A stretch of 64,000 bases of DNA from an uncultured Spirochaetota bacterium (GCA_944390005.1 CALXOJ010000006.1:4152-68151); one strand, 5' to 3'. Positions 29,414 to 38,575 are shown, numbered from the stretch's first letter. Numbers and translations: made by a program. The notes: generated by a model from the letters alone, not told the origin.

Positions 29414-30279
29414 ATCAGATGAATTCCCGATAACAGAACGAAGAAAAACGGCGCTCCGTAGAGGGCGGAGTCGATGGAGTCAAGAACGCCGCCGCGGCCT
29501 CCCATCAGACGGCCGCTGTCTTTGACGCCGGCGCTGCGTTTAAATGCCGATTCAACCAAATCGCCGACAATGCCGGCGAACGCCAATACGGCTCCGACGG
29601 TCAGCGCCCGGAGGATACTGTTTTCAAACAGCTGCGGCAGAATAAAAAAGGCGGCGACGGAAACGGCAAGGCAGCCGACAGCTCCGCCGATGAAACCGGC
29701 AAGGCTTTTTTTGGGGCTGATCGGCGCCGGATGCGGAGTAAAACGGCCGACGGCTACGCCGGTGAAGTAGGCGGCGGTGTCGTTTGTGAAAATCATCAGC
29801 AGGTAAATGAGGTAAATCAATCCCGGATTATCGTCTGGGACAAACCGAGAGAGGAATTGAAAACCGACGAGGGCGGCTGACAGTCCGCCGATGTAAAGCA
29901 AAATAAAGGCGTATCCGGCGATTCTTGCCAGCGAGTTGTTCCATTTCTCGGCACTGCGGCTGAATGCTTCCCGTCCGATGAGAAGCGTTGGAGCGAGAAT
30001 AAGAATGGCGGCGACTGTCAGTGCAGCAACTGTATCCGGTAAAAACAGAAAACAGAAGACAGAAAGCGGCGGCAGAACGGCGCAAAACACGGCGGCCGCT
30101 TTGTTGAGGCGGGTGAGTCGTGTTTCTGTCAAACGCGCGGTTTCGATTCCGGCGAGCGCCGTGAAAGCCATAATGACTGCGTTAACGGCGGCGTTGAACG
30201 GCAGCGGAAACAGGAGGATCACCAATAAAATCGGAATTGCGATCACTCCCAGAAGAATACGGGCGGTCATCTCTTTCAT
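29410..30279 (-). CDS. cdsA: Phosphatidate cytidylyltransferase
   Basis: A polytopic membrane protein carrying the CDS signature (SAFKRSAGVKDSG...GGVLDSIDS). Confidence 0.8.
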   Translation of the reverse strand: MKEMTARILLGVIAIPILLVILLFPLPFNAAVNAVIMAFTALAGIETARLTETRLTRLNKAAAVFCAVLPPLSVFCFLFLPDTVAALTVAAILILAPTLLIGREAFSRSAEKWNNSLARIAGYAFILLYIGGLSAALVGFQFLSRFVPDDNPGLIYLIYLLMIFTNDTAAYFTGVAVGRFTPHPAPISPKKSLAGFIGGAVGCLAVSVAAFFILPQLFENSILRALTVGAVLAFAGIVGDLVESAFKRSAGVKDSGRLMGGRGGVLDSIDSALYGAPFFFVLLSGIHLI

Positions 30280-30980
30280 TTGATCCCTCCGTAGCGGCGG
30301 TCGCGGCGAAAGAAGGCGGCGACCGCCTCATCAAAATCTTCAGAACCGAAATCGGGCCACAGTTTCGGCGTGTACCAAAATTCGCTGTAAGCGCTTTGCC
30401 ACATTAAAAAGTTGCTCAATCGTTGTTCTCCGGCGGTACGGATGATTAAATCAGGATCGGGAATGCCGGCTGTATCCAGTTCGGCTTCAATATCGGTTTC
30501 CGTGATTTCCTGTTTGCCCGAATCGATCAATTTCTGGACGGCACGGCGCAGTTCATCACGGCCTCCGTAATTGATTGCCAGCTGTACGGTCAAACCGTCA
30601 TAAGAGGCTGTGTCCCGCTCGACGGAGCGCATTTCTTCCTGCAGCGACGGCTTGAGCCGCGATAAATCACCGATGAACCGCAGCCGGATATGGTTTTTTT
30701 TGTAGAATTTCATCTCTTTGCGCAGATGAAGGTGGATTAAATTCATCAGATAAGAGACTTCTTCTTCCGCGCGTTTCCAGTTTTCGGTTGAGAACGCGTA
30801 CAGTGTTAGGTATTTTAATCCTCGTTCAGACGCGTAATGGAGCAGTCGTTTAGTGGCTTTTAATCCTTCCTTGTGTCCGAAACTGCGAATTTTTCCGCGT
30901 TGTTTGGCCCACCGTCCGTTGCCGTCCATAATGACGGCAATGTGGCGGCACATTTGATCCGGCTGCTTTTCATCCGCCAT
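30276..30980 (-). CDS. uppS: Undecaprenyl-diphosphate synthase
   Basis: HIAVIMDGNGRWA and LTLYAFSTENWKR blocks. Confidence 0.85.
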   Translation of the reverse strand: MADEKQPDQMCRHIAVIMDGNGRWAKQRGKIRSFGHKEGLKATKRLLHYASERGLKYLTLYAFSTENWKRAEEEVSYLMNLIHLHLRKEMKFYKKNHIRLRFIGDLSRLKPSLQEEMRSVERDTASYDGLTVQLAINYGGRDELRRAVQKLIDSGKQEITETDIEAELDTAGIPDPDLIIRTAGEQRLSNFLMWQSAYSEFWYTPKLWPDFGSEDFDEAVAAFFRRDRRYGGIK

Positions 30981-30981
30981 T

Positions 30982-31539
30982 TCAGATTTCCATAATCTCT
31001 TTTTCTTTGGCGTCGAGAATTTTGTTGACTTCGCCGATGTATTTATCCGTTAGCGTCTGCATATCGGTTTCAGCCGCTTTCAGCTCATCTTCCGTCAATT
31101 CACCGTTCTTTTGCTCTTTTTTGAGCTTATCGATTGCATCGCGGCGGATGTTTCTCACGGCTACCCGAGCGTTTTCAGCTGATGCTTTGGCGCCTTTTAC
31201 CAGTTCTTTGCGGCGTTCTTCGGTCAAAGCGGGAATATTGATGCGAATAACTTTTCCGTCGTTGTTCGGATTCAGATTCAGCTCGGATTTTTGAATTGCT
31301 TTCTCGATTTCCGGTAAAACGTTTTTGTCCCACGGCTGAATGACAATCAACCGCGCTTCCGGAACGGAAATTGAGGCAACTTGATTCAGCGGCGTCGCGG
31401 CACCGTAGTAGGAAACTTGAATTTTATCGACCAGTGCTGCCGAAGCGCGGCCGGTTCGTAATCGATTGAATTCGTCTTCCAATGCGGCGGCGCTCTTCTT
31501 CATCCTCTCTTCGCTGTCGGCTTTAATCTCTGCGATCAT
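30982..31539 (-). CDS. frr: Ribosome recycling factor
   Basis: A full-length RRF match of 185 aa. Confidence 0.85.
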   Translation of the reverse strand: MIAEIKADSEERMKKSAAALEDEFNRLRTGRASAALVDKIQVSYYGAATPLNQVASISVPEARLIVIQPWDKNVLPEIEKAIQKSELNLNPNNDGKVIRINIPALTEERRKELVKGAKASAENARVAVRNIRRDAIDKLKKEQKNGELTEDELKAAETDMQTLTDKYIGEVNKILDAKEKEIMEI

Positions 31540-31585
31540 GGTTCACTCCTGAAAAAACGGCTGCGGCAAACCGCAGCCGAAACGG

Positions 31586-32428
31586 TTATTCGTCAATGCC
31601 GACTTTGTAATAAACGTAATCGGCGATTTTCAACGAAGCGGCGGCCTGTTTGGCGACGGCTGCCATCACTTTTTCGACGGATTGTTTGTCGTCTTTTACA
31701 AACGGCTGTTTGGTCAGACACACTTCGGAGTAGATTTTATTCAATTTGCCGGCCATGATTTTCTGCAGCACATCAGCCGGTTTATTCAGATTTTCTGACT
31801 GTGCGGCAAAAACTTCCATTTGGTCGTCTTTGAATTTCTGTGTAACGGAGTTTTCGTCGATAAAACGGGGGTGAAATGCGGCAATGTGCATCGCCAAGTC
31901 GTTTCCGAATTCGTTAACGGCATCAGCTTCAAAAGCGGCGGGATTGTCGCTCTCCAAAACAACGACAGAGGCAATCTGCCCGTCGTGGGAGTAACCGAAC
32001 GCCTTTTGGGCGGCGGTCAGCTTAAACAGTTTCTGCCGCTTCAGCGTCATGTTTTCTTTGATGATGCTGATCGCTTCTTTTACTTTATCGGCGATTTCCG
32101 GCGTCAACTCTTCCGTTTCGGCGTCAAGCATCATGTTGACGATTTCTTCTCCGAAAGCTTTGAACTTTTCATTACCTGCCACAAAATACGTTTCGCACGT
32201 CAGCTCGCAGACGGCAGCTTTTTCTCCGCGGATAGCGATGAAAAGCCGGCCTTCCGTTGTGGCGCGGCCTTCGCGTTTAGTGGCGGCGGCCAATCCTTTT
32301 TTGCGCAATACTTTCTGCGCCTCTTCAAAGTCGCCGCCGGCTTCGATTAATGCGTTTTTGCAGTCCAACATTCCGGCGCCGGTTGCGTCGCGCAGTTTTT
32401 TGACGTCACTCGGATTTACGTTTGCCAT
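31586..32428 (-). CDS. tsf: Elongation factor Ts
   Basis: The start was set at MANVNPSDVKKLRDATGAGM, which has an AAGGAGGAAT RBS. The K-rich ORF-track N-terminal extension is an out-of-frame read of the rpsB 3' end. Confidence 0.85.
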   Translation of the reverse strand: MANVNPSDVKKLRDATGAGMLDCKNALIEAGGDFEEAQKVLRKKGLAAATKREGRATTEGRLFIAIRGEKAAVCELTCETYFVAGNEKFKAFGEEIVNMMLDAETEELTPEIADKVKEAISIIKENMTLKRQKLFKLTAAQKAFGYSHDGQIASVVVLESDNPAAFEADAVNEFGNDLAMHIAAFHPRFIDENSVTQKFKDDQMEVFAAQSENLNKPADVLQKIMAGKLNKIYSEVCLTKQPFVKDDKQSVEKVMAAVAKQAAASLKIADYVYYKVGIDE

Positions 32429-32429
32429 T

Positions 32430-33332
32430 TTATTCCTCCTTTGAAGTTTCAGCTTCGGATTCGACGGCTGTTTCGGTCGATTTTTCGCCTTCTTCTTTTG
32501 CCGGTTTCTTCGGTTTAGCTTTAAAGTTTTTAGCTTCGTCCGCTTCAACCGCTTCTTTAATCGCCGCTTCTTTTTCTTCTTCAGCTTTTGCCAGAATCGA
32601 CTCATTTGTCATTTCGTCGTCCTGAATGTTTTCGATGATTTGCAGACCGACTTCGTTATCCGCTTCAATGACTGCGTTTGCGATGACCGATGTGAACAGA
32701 GAAATCGCGCGGATAGCATCGTCGTTTCCGGGAATCGGATAATCGATGCCTTCCGGATTGCAGTTGGTGTCGACGACGGCGACAATCGGAATACCGCATT
32801 TTTTTGCTTCGGCGACCGCAATCGCCTCTTCCTTCGTGTCGATAATGAATACGATTCCCGGCAAATCTTTCATTTCTTTGATTCCGCCGAGGTTTTTCTC
32901 TAATTTAGCACGTTCCTTGTTTAAAAGAGAAATTTCTTTTTTTGTGAGAGAATCGAAGGTTCCGTCGACTTCCATTTTTTCGATTTTTTTCAGACGAACG
33001 ATCGATTTTTTGATGGTTGCGAAGTTTGTCAGCATACCGCCGAGCCAGCGATTGTTGACGTAGTACATTCCGCACCGTTTGGCTTCTTTTTCGATGGCTT
33101 CCTGAGCCTGTTTTTTGGTGCCGATGAAAAGGACGCTTTTTCCTTCCAAAACCGTTTTGCGCACGATTTCGTAGGCGTCTTTAACTGAAAGAAGCGTCTT
33201 TTTCAGGTCGATGATGTGAACACCGTTGCGCTGAGTGTAAATGTACTTCGCCATACGGGGATCCCATCTTTTGGTTTGGTGTCCGAAATGAACACCCGAT
33301 TCGAGCAGGTTTTTCATTGTTACCACTGCCAC
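32430..33332 (-). CDS. rpsB: 30S ribosomal protein S2 with an acidic/Lys-rich C-terminal extension of about 55 aa
   Basis: An S2 core ([12 protein letters not shown]...) followed by [49 protein letters not shown]. Confidence 0.85.
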   Translation of the reverse strand: MAVVTMKNLLESGVHFGHQTKRWDPRMAKYIYTQRNGVHIIDLKKTLLSVKDAYEIVRKTVLEGKSVLFIGTKKQAQEAIEKEAKRCGMYYVNNRWLGGMLTNFATIKKSIVRLKKIEKMEVDGTFDSLTKKEISLLNKERAKLEKNLGGIKEMKDLPGIVFIIDTKEEAIAVAEAKKCGIPIVAVVDTNCNPEGIDYPIPGNDDAIRAISLFTSVIANAVIEADNEVGLQIIENIQDDEMTNESILAKAEEEKEAAIKEAVEADEAKNFKAKPKKPAKEEGEKSTETAVESEAETSKEE

Positions 33333-33428
33333 TTTTGCCTCCTGTGCCGGCTCTTTTGTCCGGCTTCCTTCACTGTTACACGCTTTCGCGGAGTTTATTT
33401 GTAAAAATTATACTTCGGATTTGTTCTT

Positions 33429-33456
33429 TTGTAAAGTCTTTTTTGTGACTTTACAA
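33429..33456. promoter_or_regulatory. Perfect 10-bp inverted repeat (TTGTAAAGTC-N8-GACTTTACAA) in the rpsB/GGDEF divergent intergenic region. Candidate operator
   Basis: Read directly from the sequence. It is not followed by a T-run on either strand, so it is not a terminator. Confidence 0.35.
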
Positions 33457-33503
33457 AGGATTTCTGTGAATAAGACTTGAAAACGCCCTGAAAGTTAATT
33501 ATA

Positions 33504-34613
33504 TTGATAATGTCATTTGACTTGAAAGGCAGAATCATGGTGAAATCGATTTTCAGACGGCGGTTGGCGTTTCATTTGCTGCGTATTGCGCTGCTCTTTT
33601 CGGCGACTGTTTTGTTTCTTCGAATTTGGCAGTTGGCTACAGATCAGGCTCAGGCAGCGGCAGCAATCAATCAAGCCGGATTTTTTCGCTGTTCTTCCCA
33701 ACGGTTGGTAAAGCAGGAGCTGGCAGATCAAAAAAACGAAGAATTGAAGAGTTTTGTCTCCGACATGATTTCTCAAATTCATTCGGAAGAGGGAGTTTCG
33801 CAGTTTCCGGTGATTTCCAAAGATGATTACAGAGATCTTGTCGATGAACTGAAACTCGTTTGGGATCGATTGAGCGGAGATATAGAACGTTTCAACAAAA
33901 AAGAGGCAACGGGCGATGACGAGAAGATTCTTATCGATGATTCGGAGTCGTATTTCAAACTTTCCGATGACTTGGTCAACCGATTGCAGATCTATTCCGA
34001 ATCGCTGTCGGAACGAATTAAAACGTATCTGTCGCTGCTGTTCGGTATTTTGGTCTTTCTTGTCATTTTGGCTTTTTTTGAATTGCTTCTCACTTCCCGT
34101 CAAATAAAGGAACTTGGTTCTCTGGCATTCCGTGACGGTTTGACCGGGTTGCAGAATCGCTATGCTGCCGACCGTTACATGATGGCGCTTGGCGGTGCTT
34201 CGTCCAATCATATCGGTGCGGCAATTTTTGATTTAAACAACCTTAAAGCCGTTAACGACCGCTTCGGCCACAGCGCCGGAGATGATCTTATCCGTCGTTT
34301 TGCTGAAGTATTGACCCGATTCAATGATCCGCACGTGTTTATCAGCCGCAACGGAGGCGACGAGTTTCTTCTGATTGCCGAAAAAAAGAATGAAACGGAG
34401 TTCCGCCGGCTTTTAACGTCAATTGATGACGCTCTCCGCCGTGAAAATGACAATAATCCCGACGAAACAGCGATTTCTTATGCGGTCGGCTCTGCATTCG
34501 GCGGCGGTTCCGTTTACATGCTTGTACATGAGGCTGATTGCCGGATGTATGCGCAAAAACAGGATCAGAAACGGGACAGCGCTTTCTCCGCCCCCATTGA
34601 AGCAGCCGATTGA
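33504..34613 (+). CDS. Membrane-anchored diguanylate cyclase (GGDEF)
   Basis: Blocks RDGLTGLQNR, DLNNLKAVND and an intact active site RNGGDEFLL. It has an N-terminal TM helix and a coiled-coil. Confidence 0.7.
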   Translation: MIMSFDLKGRIMVKSIFRRRLAFHLLRIALLFSATVLFLRIWQLATDQAQAAAAINQAGFFRCSSQRLVKQELADQKNEELKSFVSDMISQIHSEEGVSQFPVISKDDYRDLVDELKLVWDRLSGDIERFNKKEATGDDEKILIDDSESYFKLSDDLVNRLQIYSESLSERIKTYLSLLFGILVFLVILAFFELLLTSRQIKELGSLAFRDGLTGLQNRYAADRYMMALGGASSNHIGAAIFDLNNLKAVNDRFGHSAGDDLIRRFAEVLTRFNDPHVFISRNGGDEFLLIAEKKNETEFRRLLTSIDDALRRENDNNPDETAISYAVGSAFGGGSVYMLVHEADCRMYAQKQDQKRDSAFSAPIEAAD

Positions 34614-34674
34614 GTTATTTCAAGGGGCTTCCTTTTCATTTCGGATTGCGCTATGATAAGAAAGGAGATTCCTT

Positions 34675-36363
34675 ATGAAAAGAATAATAACGGCGGTTTT
34701 GTTTGCGGTTTTGCTTTGCGGCTGTGAAAAACCGAAGGAAGAGGTTCTGTTTTACAACGGAACGGTTTTAACAATGGAAGAGAGCCGGCCGACAGCTGAG
34801 GCGGTTTTCGTTCGCGGCGGTGTGATTGCGCATATCGGTACCGATGAAGAGATGCAGTCACTGTGTACGAAGAAAACAGAACGCATCGATTTGAACGGCG
34901 CGACGCTTTTGCCCGGTTTTATCGACGGTCACAGCCATCTTTCTCAGTACGTTCAAATTTTAACGATTGCACAGCTTGCGTCAGCCGAATCGTTCGACGA
35001 CATTGTTTCGATTCTGACCGCTTATGCGAAGGAGAATCCCGACACGAAGGAGGGCTGGATTGTCGGTTTTGGTTATGATAACAACAATCTGAAAGAAAAA
35101 GCCCATCCGACAAAAGAGGTGCTGGATCGTGTCTCAACAGAGCGGCCGATTATTATTACGCATGCTTCCGGGCATATGGGCGTTTTTAATTCAAAGGCAT
35201 TGACCCTCTTCGGCGTAACGGCTCAAACACAGCCTCCGGAAGGCGGCGTTATCGCCCGTGACGCGCAGGGCAATCCGACCGGTTATATGGAAGAAACCGC
35301 GTTTTTGGGTTATGCTTCTCAAGTTCCTCCTTCGGACACTGATCCCATCGAATTGATGCGGAAAGCGCAGCAGATTTATCTGTCGCAAGGTTTCACGACG
35401 GCACAGGATTCTCTGCTGAAAGAAAAAGAGTATGAACTTCTCGCCGAAGCCGCTGAAAAAGAAGCTCTTGTCATGGATATTGTCGGTTACGTCGATTTAA
35501 AGAACGCTTCCGGTTTAGCACAGGCTCATCCCGAGCGATTGGGGCGCTACCTCAACCGGTTCAAAATCGGCGGGTATAAAATTTTCCTTGACGGCTCGCC
35601 CCAAGGACGGACGGCGTGGCTTTCCGAACCGTACTTGACTGTTCCGGGTGCGCGCTCCGGGAACGAAGCCGATCCGAATTATTGCGGCTATCCGATTGAT
35701 AACGACGAAACCATCACTGCTTTTGCCCGCACGGCGGCTGCTCAAGGTCTGCCGCTGCAGGCTCACTGCAACGGAGACGCCGCTGCCGATCAACTGATTC
35801 GCGTTTACAAACAGCTGCGCGCGGAGGGCGTCGGCGATTTTCACCGCTCCGTGATGGTTCACTCGCAAATCGTTCGGCTGCAGCAGTTTGCCGATTTGGC
35901 TGAGCTCGGACTGATTGCGTCGATGTTTCCCGCGCATATTTATTACTGGGGAGACGTTCATTTGAAGAATCTCGGCAACGAACGCGGCTCGCACATCAGC
36001 GCGGCGGCGACGGCGTTAAAAGCGGGTGTTGCGGTGACTGTTCATCAGGACTCACCTGTCGTTACTCCCAATATGATCGAATCGTTGTGGTGCATGACTG
36101 TGCGTCAGACGAAATCGGGGGTTGTTATCGCTCCGGAAGAGCGAATTTCCCCTGCGGAAGCCTTAAAAGCGATGACGTTGTCAGCGGCTTTTCAAATCGG
36201 TGAAGAGGAGAGTAAAGGCTCGATTCGCCCCGGCAAACGCGCCGACTTTGTCGTTTTGGACAAAAACCCGCTGACCATTGCGCCCGAAGAAATTCGTACT
36301 ATTAAAGTGATACGTACCGTTAAAGACGGCAGTACGGTTTTTTCTGCCTCCGAAACAGAGTGA
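34675..36363 (+). CDS. Amidohydrolase-3 family metal-dependent hydrolase, lipoprotein
   Basis: The lipobox is LLCGCEKP, and LPGFIDGHSHL is the metal-binding HxH. Confidence 0.65.
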   Translation: MKRIITAVLFAVLLCGCEKPKEEVLFYNGTVLTMEESRPTAEAVFVRGGVIAHIGTDEEMQSLCTKKTERIDLNGATLLPGFIDGHSHLSQYVQILTIAQLASAESFDDIVSILTAYAKENPDTKEGWIVGFGYDNNNLKEKAHPTKEVLDRVSTERPIIITHASGHMGVFNSKALTLFGVTAQTQPPEGGVIARDAQGNPTGYMEETAFLGYASQVPPSDTDPIELMRKAQQIYLSQGFTTAQDSLLKEKEYELLAEAAEKEALVMDIVGYVDLKNASGLAQAHPERLGRYLNRFKIGGYKIFLDGSPQGRTAWLSEPYLTVPGARSGNEADPNYCGYPIDNDETITAFARTAAAQGLPLQAHCNGDAAADQLIRVYKQLRAEGVGDFHRSVMVHSQIVRLQQFADLAELGLIASMFPAHIYYWGDVHLKNLGNERGSHISAAATALKAGVAVTVHQDSPVVTPNMIESLWCMTVRQTKSGVVIAPEERISPAEALKAMTLSAAFQIGEEESKGSIRPGKRADFVVLDKNPLTIAPEEIRTIKVIRTVKDGSTVFSASETE

Positions 36364-36387
36364 AGTTTTCGTTCGGCATTCTTCCGC

Positions 36388-36415
36388 CTCCTTTGAGGCG
36401 GTTTTTTTTTTTGAT
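36388..36415 (+). terminator. Rho-independent terminator (CCGCCTCC-TTTG-AGGCGG followed by T11)
   Basis: Hairpin followed by an 11-T run. Confidence 0.6.
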
Positions 36416-36440
36416 TTTGACTGTAAATTTCGGTTAAGTA

Positions 36441-36453
36441 CCCCCCCCCCCCC
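36441..36453. repeat. Homopolymeric C13 tract immediately upstream of a TATAAT box and the gtrA-like remnant
   Basis: Counted directly as 13 consecutive C. Confidence 0.8.
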
Positions 36454-36468
36454 GTGATATAATAGCCC

Positions 36469-36606
36469 ATGTTTTCTTGGGCAGATCGAAAACTGATTAA
36501 ATTTCTTGCCGTCGGCGTACTCAATACGCTTGTCGGAGCGACGCTGATGTTTCTTCTTTACAACGCAGCGCACTGTCCGTATTGGTTTTCATCGTCGGCA
36601 AACTGA
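36469..36606 (+). pseudogene. GtrA-family (PF04138-like) gene remnant, N-terminal 45 codons only
   Basis: [34 protein letters not shown] matches the GtrA N-terminal TM1 motif (KFxxVGxxNT). It ends where the inverted gdh remnant begins. Confidence 0.45.
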
Positions 36607-36785
36607 ACACGGTAACCTTCGAAAACACGCACCGAACCGTCATCCATGCGGACGGGCACGGAAACTTTCAGTTCTCTTTCCGGATAACGAAGAAGAATGT
36701 AATCGTCCTCTTTCAGACCGACCGCTTTCGCCGCCCGGTCCAGAACCGACAGAAAATTGGTGTAGGGATTGTATTTGTCCGACAT
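36558..36785 (-). pseudogene. gdh: Glutamate dehydrogenase (RocG/GudB-type) N-terminal remnant, about 60 codons, with its native RBS
   Basis: [28 protein letters not shown] matches the GDH N-terminal block (PxRxLxVxxPVxMDxGSVxVFxGYRxQ). Homology stops abruptly after YRVQ. The start has an AAAGGAGG RBS. Confidence 0.55.
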
Positions 36786-36847
36786 ATTCGGCCTCCTTTC
36801 ATTATTGTAACACCGAAAGGAGGAAAGTCAAAAGAAAAATACGGTTT

Positions 36848-37855
36848 TCAGTATAACTTTTTCATCGCTTCGAGCTCGGCTTTCAGTTCTTCGACAAACG
36901 AGGCCGGTTCGAGAACCCGTACGGTCGCCCCCTGTCCCAGCACAAACCGTTTCATCTCCTCGCGCTGGTTGGTGGTGACCGTCACCGCGACACTGCCGTC
37001 CTCAAGCGTTTCGGCGGCGGCCCCGTTGCCGGCGGAAGCAAACTGCTCGGCGGCGAAGGTACCGATGTCGGCGGTGAAAATCATCCGGTAGGTTTCCGGT
37101 GCGCGCTCTTTGGCCCAAATCCCGACGCTGCTGTCGATGTAGCGTTCCGGGTCGAAGTCCTGCGGCAGAGTAAAACGGCTGTCGGTGATGCGGCATTTGC
37201 GCATGCGTGAAAAAGCAAAGGTGCGGATTTCTCCGGTATGGTGACAGTAGCCGACGGCGTACCAGCCGCCTTTCTGGCAGAGAATGTGGTAAGGGTCGAA
37301 ACGGCGTTTCATGTAGGTGGTTTTCTGCAGCGGCCGGTATTCAAACATCAGCGTGCGGGTGAGGGCGGCGGCTTCGGTGACGGTGCGGAAGGTATCGATG
37401 GCGATATCGGGCAGCCGGTCGGGGATAAAAGTGAAGCGGTTGCCGGCAAAGACCGAATCGACGGAAATCTGTTTCGGCATCGACGCGGCTATTTTGCGGA
37501 AAACGTTGCGCAGCGGCTCTTCAATCGGCGTATTTTCGTACTGCTTCATCAGCGGCTCGAACAGCGCAATCGCGAAAAGTTCTCCTTCCGAAATCGGAAT
37601 GTACTTGATGAAGAAATTGGGTTCGGTGTAATACCAGCCGTTTTTCTTTTTGTCGAATTCCAGCGGCGCGCGGTAGCGGTCGCGCAAAATATCGAGGTCG
37701 CGGCTGACCGTTCTCACCGACACTTCGAAATGGCGCGCAAAATCGCCCGCGTTGGGATACCGCCCGCTGCGGATCATATCGTCCATCTCGTGAATGCGCA
37801 ATGTCTGCACCAGCTCGTTGCTTTTCGGTGTTCCGTTCTCTTTTCCCGTTTTCAT
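36848..37855 (-). CDS. HTH-WYL-WCX transcriptional regulator
   Basis: N-terminal HTH (GDFARHFEVSVRTVSRDLDILRD), a WYL domain (YHILCQKGGWYAVGYCHHTGEIRTFAFSRM) and a C-terminal VRVLEP tail. The start was set at MKTGKEN, which has a GAGGGG RBS. Confidence 0.6.
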   Translation of the reverse strand: MKTGKENGTPKSNELVQTLRIHEMDDMIRSGRYPNAGDFARHFEVSVRTVSRDLDILRDRYRAPLEFDKKKNGWYYTEPNFFIKYIPISEGELFAIALFEPLMKQYENTPIEEPLRNVFRKIAASMPKQISVDSVFAGNRFTFIPDRLPDIAIDTFRTVTEAAALTRTLMFEYRPLQKTTYMKRRFDPYHILCQKGGWYAVGYCHHTGEIRTFAFSRMRKCRITDSRFTLPQDFDPERYIDSSVGIWAKERAPETYRMIFTADIGTFAAEQFASAGNGAAAETLEDGSVAVTVTTNQREEMKRFVLGQGATVRVLEPASFVEELKAELEAMKKLY

Positions 37856-38191
37856 CTTCACCCCTCTGTATGTATACCCTCTACTATAAGACATATAATG
37901 GCAGAGTGCAAGAAGTTTCGGAATATATTCACAAAATACGAAGATACCTTTCGGCCGGCGGTCGTATCGGATTGATGTTTCCGATTTTTTGCCGGATTAC
38001 AGAATTAATGCATCCTTTGATTTATGCTTCTTTGTTGTCAAGTATCGGGAAAAATGAGGCTGTCAATCTGATTTTGAAGATGAAGAAAGAAAATCCGATC
38101 ATTTAGTAGGCGGTTTAACGAACAATTATTGACAGAAATTGCAATAATATGATATTTTGAAGAATCTTTATAACTTTTTTAGGGGTGTTTT

Positions 38192-38575
38192 ATGAGAAAA
38201 AAGTCTTTTCTTGCGGTCTTGACCTGTTCATTACTGCTCTTACTTACAAGTTGCGATGAGGTTCTGTCGGTCGTGACTGTCGGTGAAGACGGAAAAAAAG
38301 TTGTGAACAGTTATATTTCAATGGGTACCGAGACTGTTTATGACGAGAGTGTGACCCTGAAGTCATGGCGAGATGCAAATCTTTTTAACAGCAAAGAAAT
38401 TGTTAAGATGAACAACTTGATTTTTAAAATCGAAGATAAAGAGAGAAATATCGTTGTTTTTGGAGATAAAGAGGCTGCTGTCGAAATTGCCTTCTTTGAC
38501 GGCGGCTATAAGTACAAAGTTTTTGTTTCTGCCGACACTTTGTCCAAAGCATTTTCCGGTGCGTTCAGTCTTTAA
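38192..38575 (+). CDS. Small lipoprotein, unknown function
   Basis: Lipobox LLTSCDE and no recognisable domains. Confidence 0.4.
   Translation: MRKKSFLAVLTCSLLLLLTSCDEVLSVVTVGEDGKKVVNSYISMGTETVYDESVTLKSWRDANLFNSKEIVKMNNLIFKIEDKERNIVVFGDKEAAVEIAFFDGGYKYKVFVSADTLSKAFSGAFSL

Noticed and set aside
28346-29525. Gly/Arg-rich plus-strand ORFs (28346-28702, 28706-29158, 29001-29525)
   Set aside because: They are antisense to dxr/cdsA. Their composition is an artefact of GC-rich third positions on the opposite strand.
32429-32605. A Lys/Arg-rich 59-aa N-terminal extension of tsf in the ORF track ([18 protein letters not shown]...)
   Set aside because: It is an out-of-frame read of the rpsB 3' end. 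The genuine tsf start, MANVNPSDVKKLRDATGAGM, has a strong AAGGAGG RBS 1 nt after the rpsB stop. My hand-reading of the displayed bases around 32458-32461 gave one more T than the ORF track implies. I trusted the ORF track and did not call a frameshift.
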